Positions 14,465 through 28,773 are shown, numbered from the stretch's first letter. The stretch is 64,000 bases of DNA from Mizuhopecten yessoensis (GCF_002113885.1 NW_018407539.1:99341-163340), one strand, 5' to 3'. Numbers and translations are program-made. Notes: a model not told the origin generated them from the sequence alone.

Positions 14465-14818
14465 TAATAATAATAATAATAATTCGAGGTTCTTATATAC
14501 CGCTTAATCACAACCTAGTTCGTAGGTCGTCTCAAAGCAGTTCATAAATTAGTATCCGTGGTTATAGGGCCTTCGCAACCAGCCAATATCTTTCTCAACT
14601 CCCTGGGGAGCATACAGCCAGTGCTGCCATTTCGGCGCTCACAGCTGGCATTCAACAATTCTAGTACTGCAAAACCACGTTCTCATTTCCAGCTGAGTAG
14701 ACTGGAACAAGCGGAGTAAAGCATATTGCTCAAAGATACAACACAGTGCCGTGACGTGACTCAAACCCGCAACCCTTTGGTCACGAGCCCGGCGTCCTAC
14801 CACTAGACTACCGTGCTA
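14465..14818 (-). mobile_element. tRNA-derived SINE with (TTA)n tail
   Basis: The - strand begins agcacggTAGTCTAGTGGtaggacgccgggctcgtgaccaaagggttgcgGGTTTGAGTC (A and B box-like), has a central ctttgagcaatatgctttac..ctactcagctg domain typical of metazoan SINEs, and ends in (TTA)n at 14465-14483. Confidence 0.75.
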
Positions 14819-16479
14819 TAAGATTTTGAGTTATATAAAGTCATGTGTTATGTAATTTCAACATTGAATCATGAATATTTTCCAATACAGGTGTATTAAA
14901 GTTGTATAGATATGTTCCTGGATCATATGCTAGTCACATCTTTGATTTTTATTTCATCGGTGAATATCATTTCCGATGGCCATTTCCTATTACTAACTGT
15001 TTTTGAAATCATATGTGATGCTTTCAAGTCGAGGAGACAAAAAGTGCTATACAGTTGTGACTTGATTCAGACCAAGTTGGTACAAATTTTATCTACAAGG
15101 AGCATAACGTGGCATTATAACATTGAAACGGATACAGTACAGTTAAGACGACGCTCGTCTTGTATGTAAAGTTAATTGGTGGCTCTTAACATCAGACTGT
15201 ATTTGATGCTGTATAAATGATTAAGTAAGGCAGCATTGTTAGCCATTTACCGCCAATGTTGAGTAGTATCCTAAGTATGTTATCTTGTCATCGTGCTGGG
15301 GGTAAGTGCTTTCCTTTAGCGTGATGTGCATTGCATACTCAGATATCGAACATTGTTTAAATGGGATGCATTAAAATCAAGGTTGTATAGCAACAAGAAT
15401 GACGTTATTCTATACATAAACATTTGCGAGTATAGCAAGGTTGCATACGGCATAGTGTATATCAATGTATTAAATATTATTGACCAAAAAACCATGTTAA
15501 GCAGTGTATTTATACCTTTCAAGTGTATAGAAATGTAATTCAAATACAAATTTCCATTACACAATGAAACATAGGTATTTTTTTTATTATCAAAGCCACA
15601 TTACATGAAAATGATCGATCTAATCTCTGTGCCAAGAGACATGTGGGGAGAGTGGGGATCACAGCCAAGTTGTCACCCAAGTACACCCATTGAGACTGCG
15701 GCTAGAGGTGTGATGTCACACGAGAGACAAAACAATGCGATATAATCCACGACACAGCTATTATAACTGGTTCTAGTCTGATTTCCGAGTACTAACACGA
15801 GTTGCAACCTTACTTTGGAAGTACCTGGGAGTCATAGTAAAAAGCCTAGCCCGACGTATGGAGAGATTACAGCATTGTATGAGGTATACGGCCAAGGCGT
15901 GGAAAAAAGGCATTGTGATATGTTTTTACCCAATATCCTGTTTACAGCTTCCATTAAAACTTGTTGCTATGAGGGATTATGTCACTTCTATGCCAATGTC
16001 AATATCCGCATGTGCAGTAATTAATTATAAACTAATTACTTTTTACTGCAATTGTGGGTGAAAATGGTGATAGATTTAATTAAATCTGACAGGTTGATTG
16101 ATTGCATTACACTAATGCATGCTATTGCGATAAGTAAGCTCCATATAGAATGCCAATGGTACAATATATGTACATAGGTTAAATCATTAACTCAGCATTA
16201 TAGGCAAAGTTTAATCAATCAATACAATTCTAAAATTCGTAGGAAGGCAATACTTTTAATACGTTTTCATAGACATTAATAGGCTGTACATCATCAAGTA
16301 GTCTGTGTTAGTCTTCGACAGACCCCTGTTGTCTGTATTTGGGCGGGTAATAGGAAAACATTTATTCTTGTTAGGGGATGTTATTTGATGGAGAAAATTA
16401 CACTACAAGTAGTATTAGCTTATAAGTAGATACACAATGTACACCTGTATTTGCTTCGTCACAGCAGCATTTAGCCATT

Positions 16480-17185
16480 TTCTTTAATCTGACAGCAATT
16501 TTTTTCTTAAGTACCGTATCAACTGCGACATGTTACACCCTAGGTTGGGATGTCCCCATCAAGAAACGGAAAGATCAAGATCGGAAAGTCGAAATCGTCA
16601 CGCTTTTCGTACAACTTAGTAGAAAGCCATCCTTGTTGGTCATGTTGTGGGTAAAAATCGATGAAAACAGCTGAAGAAGAAGAAGAGTCTGAGGGTATAT
16701 ATCCGATCGATGTGGTCAACGAATTTCTTGTTATTCATGGACATCATATCGTCGATATCTCAATGTGAAATTGAAACTTTTTGTTACAAGTCCTGATACG
16801 GTCATCAATAACCTCTTTGTATGATGCTTTATATGATATCAGAAACACATCGGCCAGGATAGTGGCACAGTTTGTTTCCATAGGAATGCCTACATTCTGC
16901 TGGAAAATCTTTCCACCGAACTCAACAATGATATTGTCCTCCAGGAAATCAATCATTCTCACAATATCGTCCTCAGTATTTTCATTTTGGCTTTTGTTGT
17001 ACTTTTCACAAAATATGTTCCAAAATAATTTCCAACGATATATTTATATCGATGTTCGGCTTTCTTGGAAAACGAAAGCTTTCATTACAAAAGAACAAAG
17101 GTTTTACTTCAGTTTGGTATAAGGAATGGTGAAAGGGTCGAAAAGTCAAAGTTTTTGATAGAAGAAACATTTCGAGAAGAAGATT
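16480..17185 (-). mobile_element. Second decayed Penelope-like reverse transcriptase fragment (same group as 12100-12720)
   Basis: MIDFLEDNIIVEFGGKIFQQNVGIPMETNCATILADVFLISY...; cgacgatatg (IDD region) and TKLYEKRDDFDFPI at ~16620-16580; frameshifted. Confidence 0.8.
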
Positions 17186-17839
17186 AATAAAAACAAAAAT
17201 AAAATAATGAATAAAAAGGAACCTTTTTGAAAACGATTAGCATGTAATCTACGGCCGGTTTATATTAAAGCTGCGCTGGTTCAATTTTTTCGCCGGGGAT
17301 TTACTCCCTCTTAAAATGAAAAGTCACGATGTTAAGAACCTCATGAAAAAGCTGATTCAAGGTACCTAGAATCCAATAAAAGACTTCTTACATCGAAATC
17401 GAAATCCCTATATACCAAGTGTTTGTCAGAACAAACCCTGTTCAAACAATTGAAACATGCTGAAAGGGTATTCTTTATAAACCGCAAGTAATTGTAAAGT
17501 AGATGAAGGGGTTTCTCGGCATACAGCTCATAATAGTCTTGATAGGTCACTAAGAATAATGCTGTCTATCATGGGACGTTGCAAACTTCTGCGAGGCAGG
17601 CATGACTCTGGAAACATTCGAAAATAGTATATAGAAAAGCCCTAGCTTGATATATGAACTTCGATATATGTTCTAGGCTTACCTTGAATAAAATAGTAAA
17701 ATCTACATTAAATCAATAACGTAAATGCCGAGTTGACTCCCTACCACACGACCGAGGAATATAGGTCGGTCCAGCAGAGGGTGGCGTGTCGTGTTAACTG
17801 TATAAATGTCAGGAGGTAAAGGTCATCGTCATAAAAAGG

Positions 17840-18685
17840 CCTAGGTCAGAAACTGCCAATCTCCTGGGTTTAACGCGTGTATGCGGTACGGTACGTGACT
17901 TATATTATAGGTCAGAAACTGCCAATCTTCTGTTTTAGTCCTACGGGGTTAAACGCATGTAAACGGAAACGGGGACTTATATTATAGGTCATCACTCCCA
18001 ATCCCCTGTGGTGAACGCATGTATACGGTAGCGGGGACTTATATTATAGGTCATCACTCCCAATCCACTGTGGTGAACGCATGTAGACGGTAGCGGGGAC
18101 TTCTATTATAGGTCATCACTCCCAATCCACTGTGGTAGTCATATGGGGTCAACGCATGTATACGGTAACGGGGACTTATATTATAGGTCATCACTCCCAA
18201 TCTCCTGTGGTAGTCATATGGGGTCAACGCATGTATACGGTAGCGGGGACTTATATTATAGGTCATCACTCCCAATCTCCTGTGGTAGTCATATGGGGTT
18301 AAGTTTTATAGGTTATCATTCCCAATCTACTGTGGTAGACTTGTGGGGTTTAACGCATGTGTACGGTAGAGGGGACTAGTTTTAAAGGGTATCATTCCCA
18401 ATCTACTGTGGTAGACTTGTGTGGTTTAACGCATGTGTACGGTAGAGGGGACTAGCTTTATAGGTTATCATTCCCAATCTACTGTGGTAGACTTGTGTGG
18501 TTTAACGCATGTGTACGGTAGAGGGGACTAGCTTTATAGGTTATCATTCCCAATCTACTGTGCTAGACTTGTGGGGTTTAACGCATGTGTACGGTAGAGG
18601 GGACTAGTTTTATAGGTTATCATTCCCAATCTACTGTGGCAGTCTTGTGGGGTTTAACGCATGTGTACGGTAGAGGGGACTGCCA
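17840..18685. repeat. 75-76 bp tandem repeat in two sequence subfamilies, with shorter 5' units
   Basis: Units ataggtcatcactcccaatc..gtggtagtcatatggggtcaacgcatgtatacggtagcggggacttatatt (left) and ataggttatcattcccaatctactgtggtagacttgtg..tttaacgcatgtgtacggtagaggggactag (right). Confidence 0.9.
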
Positions 18686-19304
18686 TTACAGGGCGAAGTT
18701 ATGTCAGAACTGTTTGCATCAAAAGAGACATGAGTAATAAAAGATTGGATTTTTTTGTTTTTAAACGTATAACCAGATTAAAATCGATTGCGTTGCTATT
18801 GTGACAGAGCGATGCGACTGATATTGCGAATATTCACACTGATAATTAAGTAGTAGAGTTCCCACAACGGGGTTCCGTGACCACTTTTACCTGACCAAGG
18901 TTTGGAAGTTGATTTTAGTCAATATGAGTGTACTGATTAAAATGAGCTTGGGTGAACCTCGTGGAAATGTGGGCTTACTCGGTAAGACACGAACATTCAA
19001 AATGGCCGCCACCCGGCGTCGGGTATATGAATTTTTGGGTCTACATATATGTTTATAGGGTCAGGGATTTCAAAAATTAGCATAATAACTTGATAAAAGT
19101 AAGCGTTTGGACGAGAAATGATCTCTTATTATTCTGCTGTCAAAAACCAGGATAACCGCCAGCTGACTGCAAAGGAAAAGCTCAGGGAGATACCCTTAAT
19201 GGTTATGAAGCAAAGGTTTCATCTTTAACCATTGTAAATTAGATCAAACAACCATTGTTTGTTCATTTTGGAATAAATGTCCTCGCGAAAGCCAGAATCA
19301 TATG

Positions 19305-19510
19305 ATTGGTTAGATTTGATTTTAATTTATTTAACGTCCTATAAACAGCTAAGATCCTCATTCGTGTTGTTTAAGCGTACATATGTGTATGTGTGACAGA
19401 GACAGGGTATGTTGGTGTTGTTGCTTCCTTGTGAAAGCATGGATCTGATGCCGACTCAATAGTGCTATCTCACTGAAAGACCATGCCAAAGGCACCAAGC
19501 ACAACATTCC
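19305..19510 (-). mobile_element. Degenerate SINE-like interspersed repeat, probably interrupted by the following minisatellite
   Basis: tttaacgtcctataaacagctaagatc...atagtgctatctcactgaaagaccatgccaaaggcacc resembles an abundant bivalve SINE-like repeat (recalled, not database-checked); the expected continuation tcacattatact appears at ~20485. Confidence 0.45.
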
Positions 19511-19539
19511 GTGAGATGTGAACTGTCATTCTCATATGT

Positions 19540-20470
19540 GACGTGAACTGACATTTTCACTAACACAGTCATGTGATGTATTTATTACTTTCTCACTAAC
19601 ACAGTCATGTGATGTATTTATTACTTTCTCATTAACACATGTGATTATGTTGACTTTCTCACTAACACGTGTGATTATGATGACTTTCTCACTAACACGT
19701 GTGATTATGTTGACATTCTCACAAACACAAGTGATTATGTTGACTTTCTCACTAACACATGTGATAATGTTGACTTTCTCACTAACACGTGTGATTATGT
19801 TGACTTTCTCACTAACACGTGTGATAATGTTGACATTCTCACTAACACGTGTGATTATGCTGACATTCTCACTAACACAAGTGATTATGTTGACTTTCTC
19901 ACTAACAAATGTGATTATGTGGACTTTCTCACTAACACGTGTGATAATGTTGCCTTTCTCACTAACACGTGTGATTTGGTTGACTTTCTCACTAACACAT
20001 GTGATAATGTTGACTTTCTCACTAACACGTGTGATTATGTTGACATTCTCACTAATACGTGTGATTAAGTTGACTTTCTCACTAACACGTGTGATAATGT
20101 TGACATTATCACTAACACAAGTGATTATGTTGACTTTCTCACTAACACGTGTGATTATGTTGACATTATCACTAACACATGTGATTATGTTGACTTTCTC
20201 ACTAACACGTGTGATTATGTTGACTTTCTCACTAACACATATGATTATGTTGACTTTCTCACTAACACATGTGATAATGTTGACTTTCTCACTAACACGT
20301 GTGATTATGTTGACATTCTCACTAATACGTGTGATTAAGTTGACTTTCTCACTTATACATGCTATTTATATTTAAATTCTCATTAACCCGTTATGTATGT
20401 TGACTTTCTCACTAATACATGTAATGTATGTTTACATTCTCATTAACCCATGTGGTGTGTGCTGACTTTT
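19540..20470. repeat. 30 bp minisatellite, ~30 copies
   Basis: Unit gtgattatgttgactttctcactaacac(a/g)t; source of the 244 aa periodic ORF 19641-20375. Confidence 0.97.
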
Positions 20471-21819
20471 TCAATGACATTCCTTCACATTATACTTGGG
20501 TCGGTATGGATTTGTAGCAGTTCACATAGCACCACCAGCAAACTGTTTGTGTGACGTTTCGACTACTAGCTCGGTATATAATCTGTCACCTTCATCAGTT
20601 TGATTTTCAAACTGACATATTTTATAGTATATCCATATAAACTCTATATATGAACTTGCATATAGAAGAATTTGTGTAGTGTTTTAAATGTTTATGACTG
20701 CTAAAACATCTCTTGAGACTACATAAATACATTTATACATCTAATTTTCGACTGCACAAATTATGTTTGATAGAACCGTGCCCAACGAAAATGCAACGAT
20801 TTGGAGTTAATCCAATTTAAAGTACCGCATGAGATTGCTGCTTTAAGACGGGGAATTAGTCATAATATTTCATATATAAACATTGGCATTGGTTGTATCA
20901 CTAAGGTAAATGAAGACATCTGCAGCATAACAGTCATACTACATCTCTGACATGCCATCTATTGCAATCATGACCGGGCCTGTAATTCGATTGTTTCGTG
21001 TGCAAATTGTCACGAGTAAAACTACTCCTACAGTGACTATTGGACTGATATGATCGTGTGCAGACACATAAATTACCTTGTTCAGTGTTTGTTAAAGAAA
21101 GAATAATAATAGGTTAAAGTATCATCTCGAACCGTTACGAGAAGTTTACATTTTACCCGAATACAGTAGCTGTTGTTTCACACATCACATAATGTATCTT
21201 GTAGTTTATTGGTACTGATAACAGTCGGGGCAGGTACAATGTCATGAACTGTTTACAAGTGTTCTCATTGGAATCTTAGATATGCTAAAAATGTGTATCT
21301 AATACTACAGATATACAGAAAGTGATCACACGGCACCTGACATAAATTAGGTATTTTACAGCCATCGCGATCTTATCACTTAAATGATGAGACTACTCTG
21401 GAAAACAAAAACAAGCTGATTGTACTAGGAGAATAACCTAGCTACGTGACATAAACAGCACAACACATGTTACTACTTCGTGTATTGTTTACCTGGTACC
21501 ACTATCTTTTGATGTGGGAATTAACAAATGTTTCTTCATTTTCTCTTTACCTTAGTGTCTGCTGATGCTTCTGACGCAGAATCTACCGAGTTACCCTGAG
21601 GTTAGTGACATGGGCAGACACTAAATCGACTTTGAATGGTAAGACGGCACGGTAGATAATGCTCAGTCATTACAAGGTCTATGAACCTCCTCACAATGGT
21701 CCAGCTGGTGGTACAGCAGGAAAGTCTAAATGGTGGGCAGTAAGGACATGAAATATCCAGCAAATAGGTATAAAAAGTTGTAGGTCGGCAGCTTAGATGT
21801 TTTCGGACAATAAGGACAC

Positions 21820-23370
21820 TAGGCCGTGGGTAGTGAGGTCTGGGTGTGTTTGGCCTATCACTTAAAAAGTCGAAAATAGTGAGGTTTATGTGTGTTTGGT
21901 CTATAAGAATAATAGGTCGAAAGTAGGGAGGTCTAGGTGTGTTTGTTCTATAAGAATATTAGGTTGTAAATAGGGAGGTCTAGGTGTGTTTGGTCTATAA
22001 GAAAATTAGGTTGTAAATAGGGAGGTCTAGGTGTGTTTGGTCTATAAGAATAATAGGTCGAAAATAGGGAGGTCTAGGTGCGTTTGGTCTATAAGAATAA
22101 TAGGTCCAAAGTAGGGAGGTCTAGGTGTGTTTGGTCTATAAGAATAAAAGGTCGAAAGTAGGGAGGTCTAGGTGTGTTTGGTCTATAAGAATAATAGGTC
22201 CAAAGTAGGGAGGTCTAGGTGTGTTTGGTTTATAAGAATAATAGGTCGAAAATAGGGAGGTCTAGGTGTGTTTCGTCTATAAGAATAATAGGTCGAAAAT
22301 AGGGAGTTCTAGGTGTGTTTCGTCTATAAGAATAATAAGTCGAAAATAGGGAGGTCTAGGTGCACGTGTGTTTCGTCTATAAGAATAATAGGTCGAAATA
22401 GGGAGGTCTAGGTGCGTTCGGCATATATGTATACTAGGTCGAAAGTAGGGAGGTCTAGATGTGTTCGGCCTATAAGTATAAAAGGTTGAAAGTAGGGAGG
22501 TCTAGGTGCGTTCGGCCTATAAGTATATTAGGTCGAAAGTAGGGAGGTCTAGATGTGTTCGGCCTATGAGTATAAAAGGTCGAAAGTAGGGAGGTCTAGA
22601 TGTGTTCGGCCTATAAGTATAAAAGGTCGAAAGTAGGGAGGTCTAGGTGCGTTCGGCCTATAAGTATAATAGGTCGAAAGTAGGGAGGTCTAGATGTGTT
22701 CGGCCTATAAGTATATTAGGGCGAAAGTAGGGAGGTCTAGATGTGGTCGGCCTATAAGTATAAAAGGTCGAAAGTAGGGAGGACTAGATGTGTTCGGCCT
22801 ATAAGTATAAAAGGCCGAAAGTAGGGAGGTCTAGATGTGTTCGGCCTATAAGTATAAAAGGTCGAAAATAGGGAGGTCTAGGTGTGTTTGGTCTATAAGA
22901 ATAATGGGTCGAAAATAGGGAGGTATAGGTGCGTTCGGCCTATAAGTATAAAAGGTCGAAAGTAGGGAGGTCTAGATTTGTTCGGACTATAAGTATAAAA
23001 GGTCGAAAGTAGGGAGGTCTAGATGTGTTCGGTTTATAAGTATAAAAGGTCGAAAGTAGGGAGGTCTAGACTTGTTCGGCCTATAAGTATAAAAGGTCGA
23101 AAGTAGGGAGGTCTAGACTTGTTCGGCCTATAAGTATAAAAGGTCGAAAGTAGGGAGGTCTTGATTTGTTCGGCCTATAAGTATAAAAGGTCGAAAGTAG
23201 GGAGGTCTTGATTTGTTCGGCCTATAAGTATAAAAGGTCGAAAGTAGGGAGGTCTAGGTGCGTTCGGCCTATAAGTATAAAAGGCCGTGGGTAGGGAGGT
23301 CTAGATGTGTTCGGCCTATAAGGATAATAGGCCGTGGGTAGGGAGGCCTAGGTGTATCTGGGCTATAATG
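21820..23370. repeat. 47 bp minisatellite, ~33 copies, two subtypes
   Basis: Unit tagggaggtctaggtgtgtttggtctataagaataataggtcgaaaa (left) grading to tagggaggtctagatgtgttcggcctataagtataaaaggtcgaaag (right). Confidence 0.97.
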
Positions 23371-26300
23371 ATAAAAGGTCATTTGTAGTAATGTCAGGTC
23401 GTAATAAGCATGTCCGGTGTGTTTGTTTAATTGAAGCTTTGGTCAACCTTACTTGTATAACGATGATGTCAACTTATAATGCCAATTTGCGATTGGGTAA
23501 CTCATTGACCATTCTTCAGCGTCAATACACTGAAATGTTACCAATATTTAGATCTATAAAGCAGCGGTACATCTTTTTTTGAATGGTCGTCTGTTTTTTA
23601 TACGTTTTAGTGTGAAAATTTCTGACAAATGCTAGTTCGTACTACGTTCAAGTCATTGAGTCCATCTTTGTACCTCACCCAACGTACCTAGCGTACGAGT
23701 GATATTACTTAACGTTCGGACCCATCACAGACTGTACCTGGTACACTTGTTAGACTAGGTTTACCGACTGATTAAGATTACATCTACATGGCCCTAGGAA
23801 TGCTTCTCCATCCTGGTGTCATGGTAAGCGATTCCCGGGAGTCTGGCGGTTATACTTGTCATCTATTAGTAAGTATTTTCATTGTTACAAGTAGCATTGT
23901 TATAAGTTAATAGCGTGTCGGTTCCCGATAAGCTCCTCCTGTTCAGTTTTATGTGAGGACTCATTATTCTGTTGAACCTTCTACCCCCCNTACAAATGAC
24001 AAGGTAACAAGATATGTGTTGATGCTGCCATCACCTCTGTAACAAACACTCACTAGATATGTGGGTGGGTTGGGAAATATTTACAACACTTAACGGACAG
24101 TCATACTGGAAAACCCAGAGCCAATGAAGGGTCAGTTAGTGCACATGCACCTACGATGACTGGTAGGGAGTCAAGCGTTCTGACACGAACATTTCGCCAC
24201 ATTACATTGAATTTGTACTTAAAACCGATCTCGATAATATCAAAGAAAATATGTATATGGTTTTATAATACAATAAGATATTTTACACGAAAACAGCAGG
24301 CAGGTTTGGATTTGGTTGACATCAGTTAATCAACAGCAGAGTTCTTGCTTATAGTTTCATCGTTTTACATCGATTTTGTTAATTACATATGGAACATTAT
24401 ACTATTATTACTACTATGTATAATCAGAACTTTGTATTTTTAAAGGTATTGCAATCACGCATATTCCATATCTCTTATTTTTCATATAGATGTGTTATGA
24501 AAACTGCCGTTTTCTGAGTTGAATGTTGAAATATTGTTCTGCTTTTGAATATGTAGCATCTTAGCAATATCAAAACCTTGACCTTAATGCAGAACAGATG
24601 TGTAGTGCCGACATCGCCTATCTGGTTTAGGCAGTCAAATTTAGGTAAATGGAGTACTTCGCATACTCATTAGTGGTATACAGTCCGGCATTATGCCTGG
24701 CTCAGGGCTAGCATCGCTCTGTCAGCATTATGTTGAACGAATGGCCAAGAGTAAGCAGGTGTTCTTACCCCTCTACCAATACCTATTGCTTTTTTCTTGC
24801 TAATGACTTTCCATTCTTGATTGTGCCCCAACACGCTTGTCCTGTGTAGTCTTTTTCTAATTTAGTTCTCGCTTGCTACTTTGCTTTGAATACCTATAGA
24901 TTTCGGCAATGTTATGAAGTTCGGACAGATAGTCTTACCAAACTATATGTTAAACTTTAGTATCACAATGCTAACATTAAGTAAAATGATAACGTAAATT
25001 GGTAGTAATGGTCACTTTACCAACAAACTATACTGACAAACGTGACAACTTTAATTTAATTGTTATGAGATATATAAGCGTTAACACACAAAGAAAATGT
25101 TGTATTAAAGTGGAAAACACATGAACCAGTGTCACACCAAAACTAAAGGGAAGAAATAATTATTAACCACCTAAAAGTGGGGTCCTGGGGCATATGTATT
25201 TGACCTTGACCTTGTAACCTCAAATACACCGAGAGGAATGGTATGTTACTGCCCTACTGAAATCACCCACAAAGCATATCAGCGATATATAGTTCTCGTC
25301 TAAAATATCTTTAATAACTGTGTTTTATAATGTTGGAAAGGCTTCGCCGAGAAAGAGCCGGTCCGATGTTGCAACATAATGTTGTGTGTACAAAATCTAA
25401 TCTGTATTGTGTCCTTCGCTTATGTAACGATAATATGGTAGACATATATTTAACACATAAACCTTAGCAGGAAGGTTAGGGAATATTTTTTATGTGTAAA
25501 CCATCGTAATTATTAAATATTTTGTTAATGGCCCTAATTAAATTTCACAACAGTGACAATAAACGTGTCTTCTGTAGCATACCTTAGGTATAGATCGTGA
25601 CGCTTGATAAACAAAGATGGTTCGAGCCTTGAGCAAGGCTGGAAATAGAAGAGGGTCTTCTTTCCGGTAATATCAGCCTCAAGACGGTAGGAGTTAAGTC
25701 CCATACCGAATTTGGAAGACAGGAAATCTGTGCTAGCCTGAAGCAGGTGCTTTCCTATTTGCTTTCCAGTTCGAATATCGGTAAGTATTGACAGGTGAAA
25801 GAAGGCGTCCTACACGCCTGTGGCTCGCTGCGTAAACTGTACCGCTGTATAGGTAAACTACACAGGGTGTCATCAATAATTCAAATTTGAGATTATCTTT
25901 GTCATTGATCTTTGTCTTTGTCGATACAAATGACAAAATAGCGTGAAGCGTGATGATACGTTTTAACACAAGCTAAGGGTATCAGAATCGGATATCCTAT
26001 GGAATATGTCAGATAGACTACTTAAGTTAGTATTTATAGCCTTTCAAACGTTTTACAATTACGCTATCAACCAAAACATAAACAACATTAATTATTTATA
26101 AAAGTGGTGTTCATTATCTGTCGACTGTGCACAGGTACAGCGTTCAATATGCATTAAAATAGAATACATACTTTTCGTTAAAGTAAATGTGCAATAAACA
26201 GGAGAAAAATAAAATGTATTTTTGAGAAATAATATGTTACCAAGGATACGGTCATCTCAAATCTTGACACAATAGTTTCCATATAGGGACCTCTTCACGT

Positions 26301-26739
26301 TTGAAAAATGACATAAATCTATTAATACACTTTAAGTTACTAAAATAGTTTGAAACCATTATCTTTACTTTTCAAAGTTCGAGCCTAGTAAAATAAAAAC
26401 ACAAGAGAACTTCTAGTGTGACCAAAACAGGAATTTGAAATCAAAATAGAAGACATAAATCTGAGTATGAGCAAAAGAAATATTTATATTGATGCCCTTA
26501 AAAATACACAAAGAGAACCAGACCCACTTGTTCCGGAATGGTAAGCGTCTTCTGCTTCTTTGACGACATGTGTAGGTCAAATCAAAGGAAGGCCACGTCC
26601 TCAAACTGAGAACCGGGGTAGTGACAGCTAAACCACAATGCTCACTTATGAGCTTAATAAATAAAACATCGACCTTCACATCGCACAAGAAAATGCACTC
26701 TGTAGAATATTTCCGAATGAGTAGTTGACAGTGACACTA

Positions 26740-28773
26740 GACCTCACTACAACAAACAGAAACCGAGGAAGGTACTTCAATTTCGAAGAGCTAACTGGGA
26801 TGACCTGCGTGACGGATGCCGTACCATCTCCAAGAGAATAGCTTCTCTTTATGAGGAGGGAAAGGACACAGAACAGCTCTGGGACTCCTTTAAACTATCC
26901 CTACAGCGCCTCATCGACAAATTCATCTCCTCAAAAACGTCCAATCGTAAGAACGCCCCACCTTGGCTGAATAGACGACTAAGGAGTATGCTCAGACGAA
27001 AGACACGACTACACCGACAAGCCCGTAGAACAGGCATCTGGTCCACTTTCGCCACCATCAAAAGGAGTGTAAGAGAGCATCTCGTCGAGCCGAGTGGTCT
27101 TACGTCAATGAGGTTATCCAAAAGGGTCTAGACAGCAACAACACAAAGCCTTTCTGGAAGTATGTCAAAAGCAAGAAGCAGGACAACATTGGAGTCTCGC
27201 CATTACGAAGCAAAGGCCAGCTACTCAGTGATGGGAAATCCAATGCGAAAGCACTCATCAACCAGTTTAGCTCGGTTTTCACCCATGATGGAGACATCCA
27301 GGACATCGAGATCAGCGAGGCAGGAGTACTGAAGTTGCTACTCAATATACAAACATCGAAAGCCCCTGGATCTGATGGACTCCCGAGATCGTCATGCACC
27401 AGAGACCTATCGTCCTGTATCGTTGACCTCTGTTCTCAGAAAGATCCTCGAACACATAGTCTGTCATCATTTGCTAAATCACTTTGACCAACACGCAATC
27501 CTGTCACCTCTCAACCATGGCTTCCGTGCTGGTTATTCATGTGAAACCCAGCTTGCTGTTACCATACACGACTTTGTTTCCAACTTTGACAGAGTATCAC
27601 AGACTGACATCGCCATATTGGACTTCTCCAAGGCATTCGATACGGTGCCCCATAGGAGGTTGCTGCATAAGCTGGACTCGTACGGCGTACGTGGAAATCT
27701 ATATCGATGGAACAGTTTTCTCTGCCAAAGGCACATGAAGGTAGTAGTGGAAGGTGAATCCTCAAGAGAAGTCCCTGTTGCCTCCGAGTACCCCAGGGAA
27801 CAGTCCTAGGCCCTCTATTATTTTTGTGCCACATCAACGACTTGCCTGATGCCGTCAAGTCGCAAGTACGCCTATTCGCAGATGACTGCCTGCTATACAG
27901 GGTCATACGCACCCACCAGGACCACATAACCCTCCAGCAAGACCTCAATAACCTTGAATTTTGGGCCGAGCAATGGGGCATGCGATTCAACACCAGCAAG
28001 TGGTATATCCTAACATCAAGCGGGAGTCATCTTACTACTACCAACTGAACAACACTATCCTCAAAGGAGTTCCGACTAGCCCCTACCTTGGCATCACAAT
28101 CTCGTCTGATCTCCGATGGGAAACCCACATCGACAATATCTGTAAAAAAGCTAGTTCTACCCTAGGCTTTATTAGGCGGAACCTCTACCACTGCCCAGCC
28201 ACAACACGGAAATCGGCCTACATCTCGCTTGTCAGATCAACACTTGAATATGGAGCCATCATATGGGACCCATTCCTCCAGTCGGACATTGACAAGCTGG
28301 AGATAATTCAAAGAAAGGCTGCTCGATTTATCTCGTGCGACCACAGAACAAAAACTCCTGGATGCGTCGCCAACATGCTCAGGGACTTGGACCTGCAAAC
28401 ATTACAACCACGCAGAAAGGAGCTACGTCTGACCTTCCTGTTCAAGGTGGTGTAGGGGTTGGTACCAGCTATTCCGTCTCAGCCCTATCTCAAACCATTG
28501 AGAATTAACGCAAAGTGACAGCAAGGCATTTTAACAACTTAATTTTCAACGTTGAAAATAGTGTAACAAACAATAGCCGCTGTTTTCAAAACTTATTTCA
28601 CCAGGACTATAATAGACTGGAACCATCTTCAGGACGAACAAATCCTTGTAAAATCTGTGGAGATTTTTAAATCTCGCCTCCACTCGGACTAAAAACCTCC
28701 ATGCGCTCTCCCCTTCCGTTGATTATATGCCAGAAGTGGTCTTTCAACGTACCTATACAGATACAGATACAGA
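26740..28773 (+). mobile_element. 5'-truncated, frameshifted non-LTR retrotransposon (CR1/L2-group LINE ORF2 RT region plus 3' tail)
   Basis: KPRKVLQFRRANWD, KPFWKYVKSK, KAPGSDG, YRPVSLTS..KILEHIV, HGFRAGYSCETQL, LDFSKAFDTVPH, PQGTVLGPLLF, RLFADDCLLY, YLGITISSDLRW, LEYGAIIWDP spread over several frames with internal deletions; ends in (TACAGA)3 tail at ~28756-28773. Confidence 0.93.

Noticed and set aside
14740-14818. tRNA gene
   Set aside because: A and B boxes are present, but there is no complete cloverleaf and the sequence continues into a SINE body and tail.
19641-20375. 244 aa periodic ORF (IMLTFSLTRV)n, and likewise 7114-7659, 52612-53168 and 59271-59480
   Set aside because: These are open frames produced by minisatellites lacking stops, with no splice context or protein family signature.
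21550-21745. GC-richer stretch resembling an exon
   Set aside because: Stops occur in the + strand frames examined and no consistent splice pair or homology could be supported.
9425-23370. Donor-like (AAG|GTAAAT) and acceptor-like (ttcttatag) motifs on the - strand of the 23 bp and 47 bp arrays
   Set aside because: These are short motifs expected by chance in AT-rich DNA, no parent exon is identifiable, and it is unknown whether the region is transcribed.
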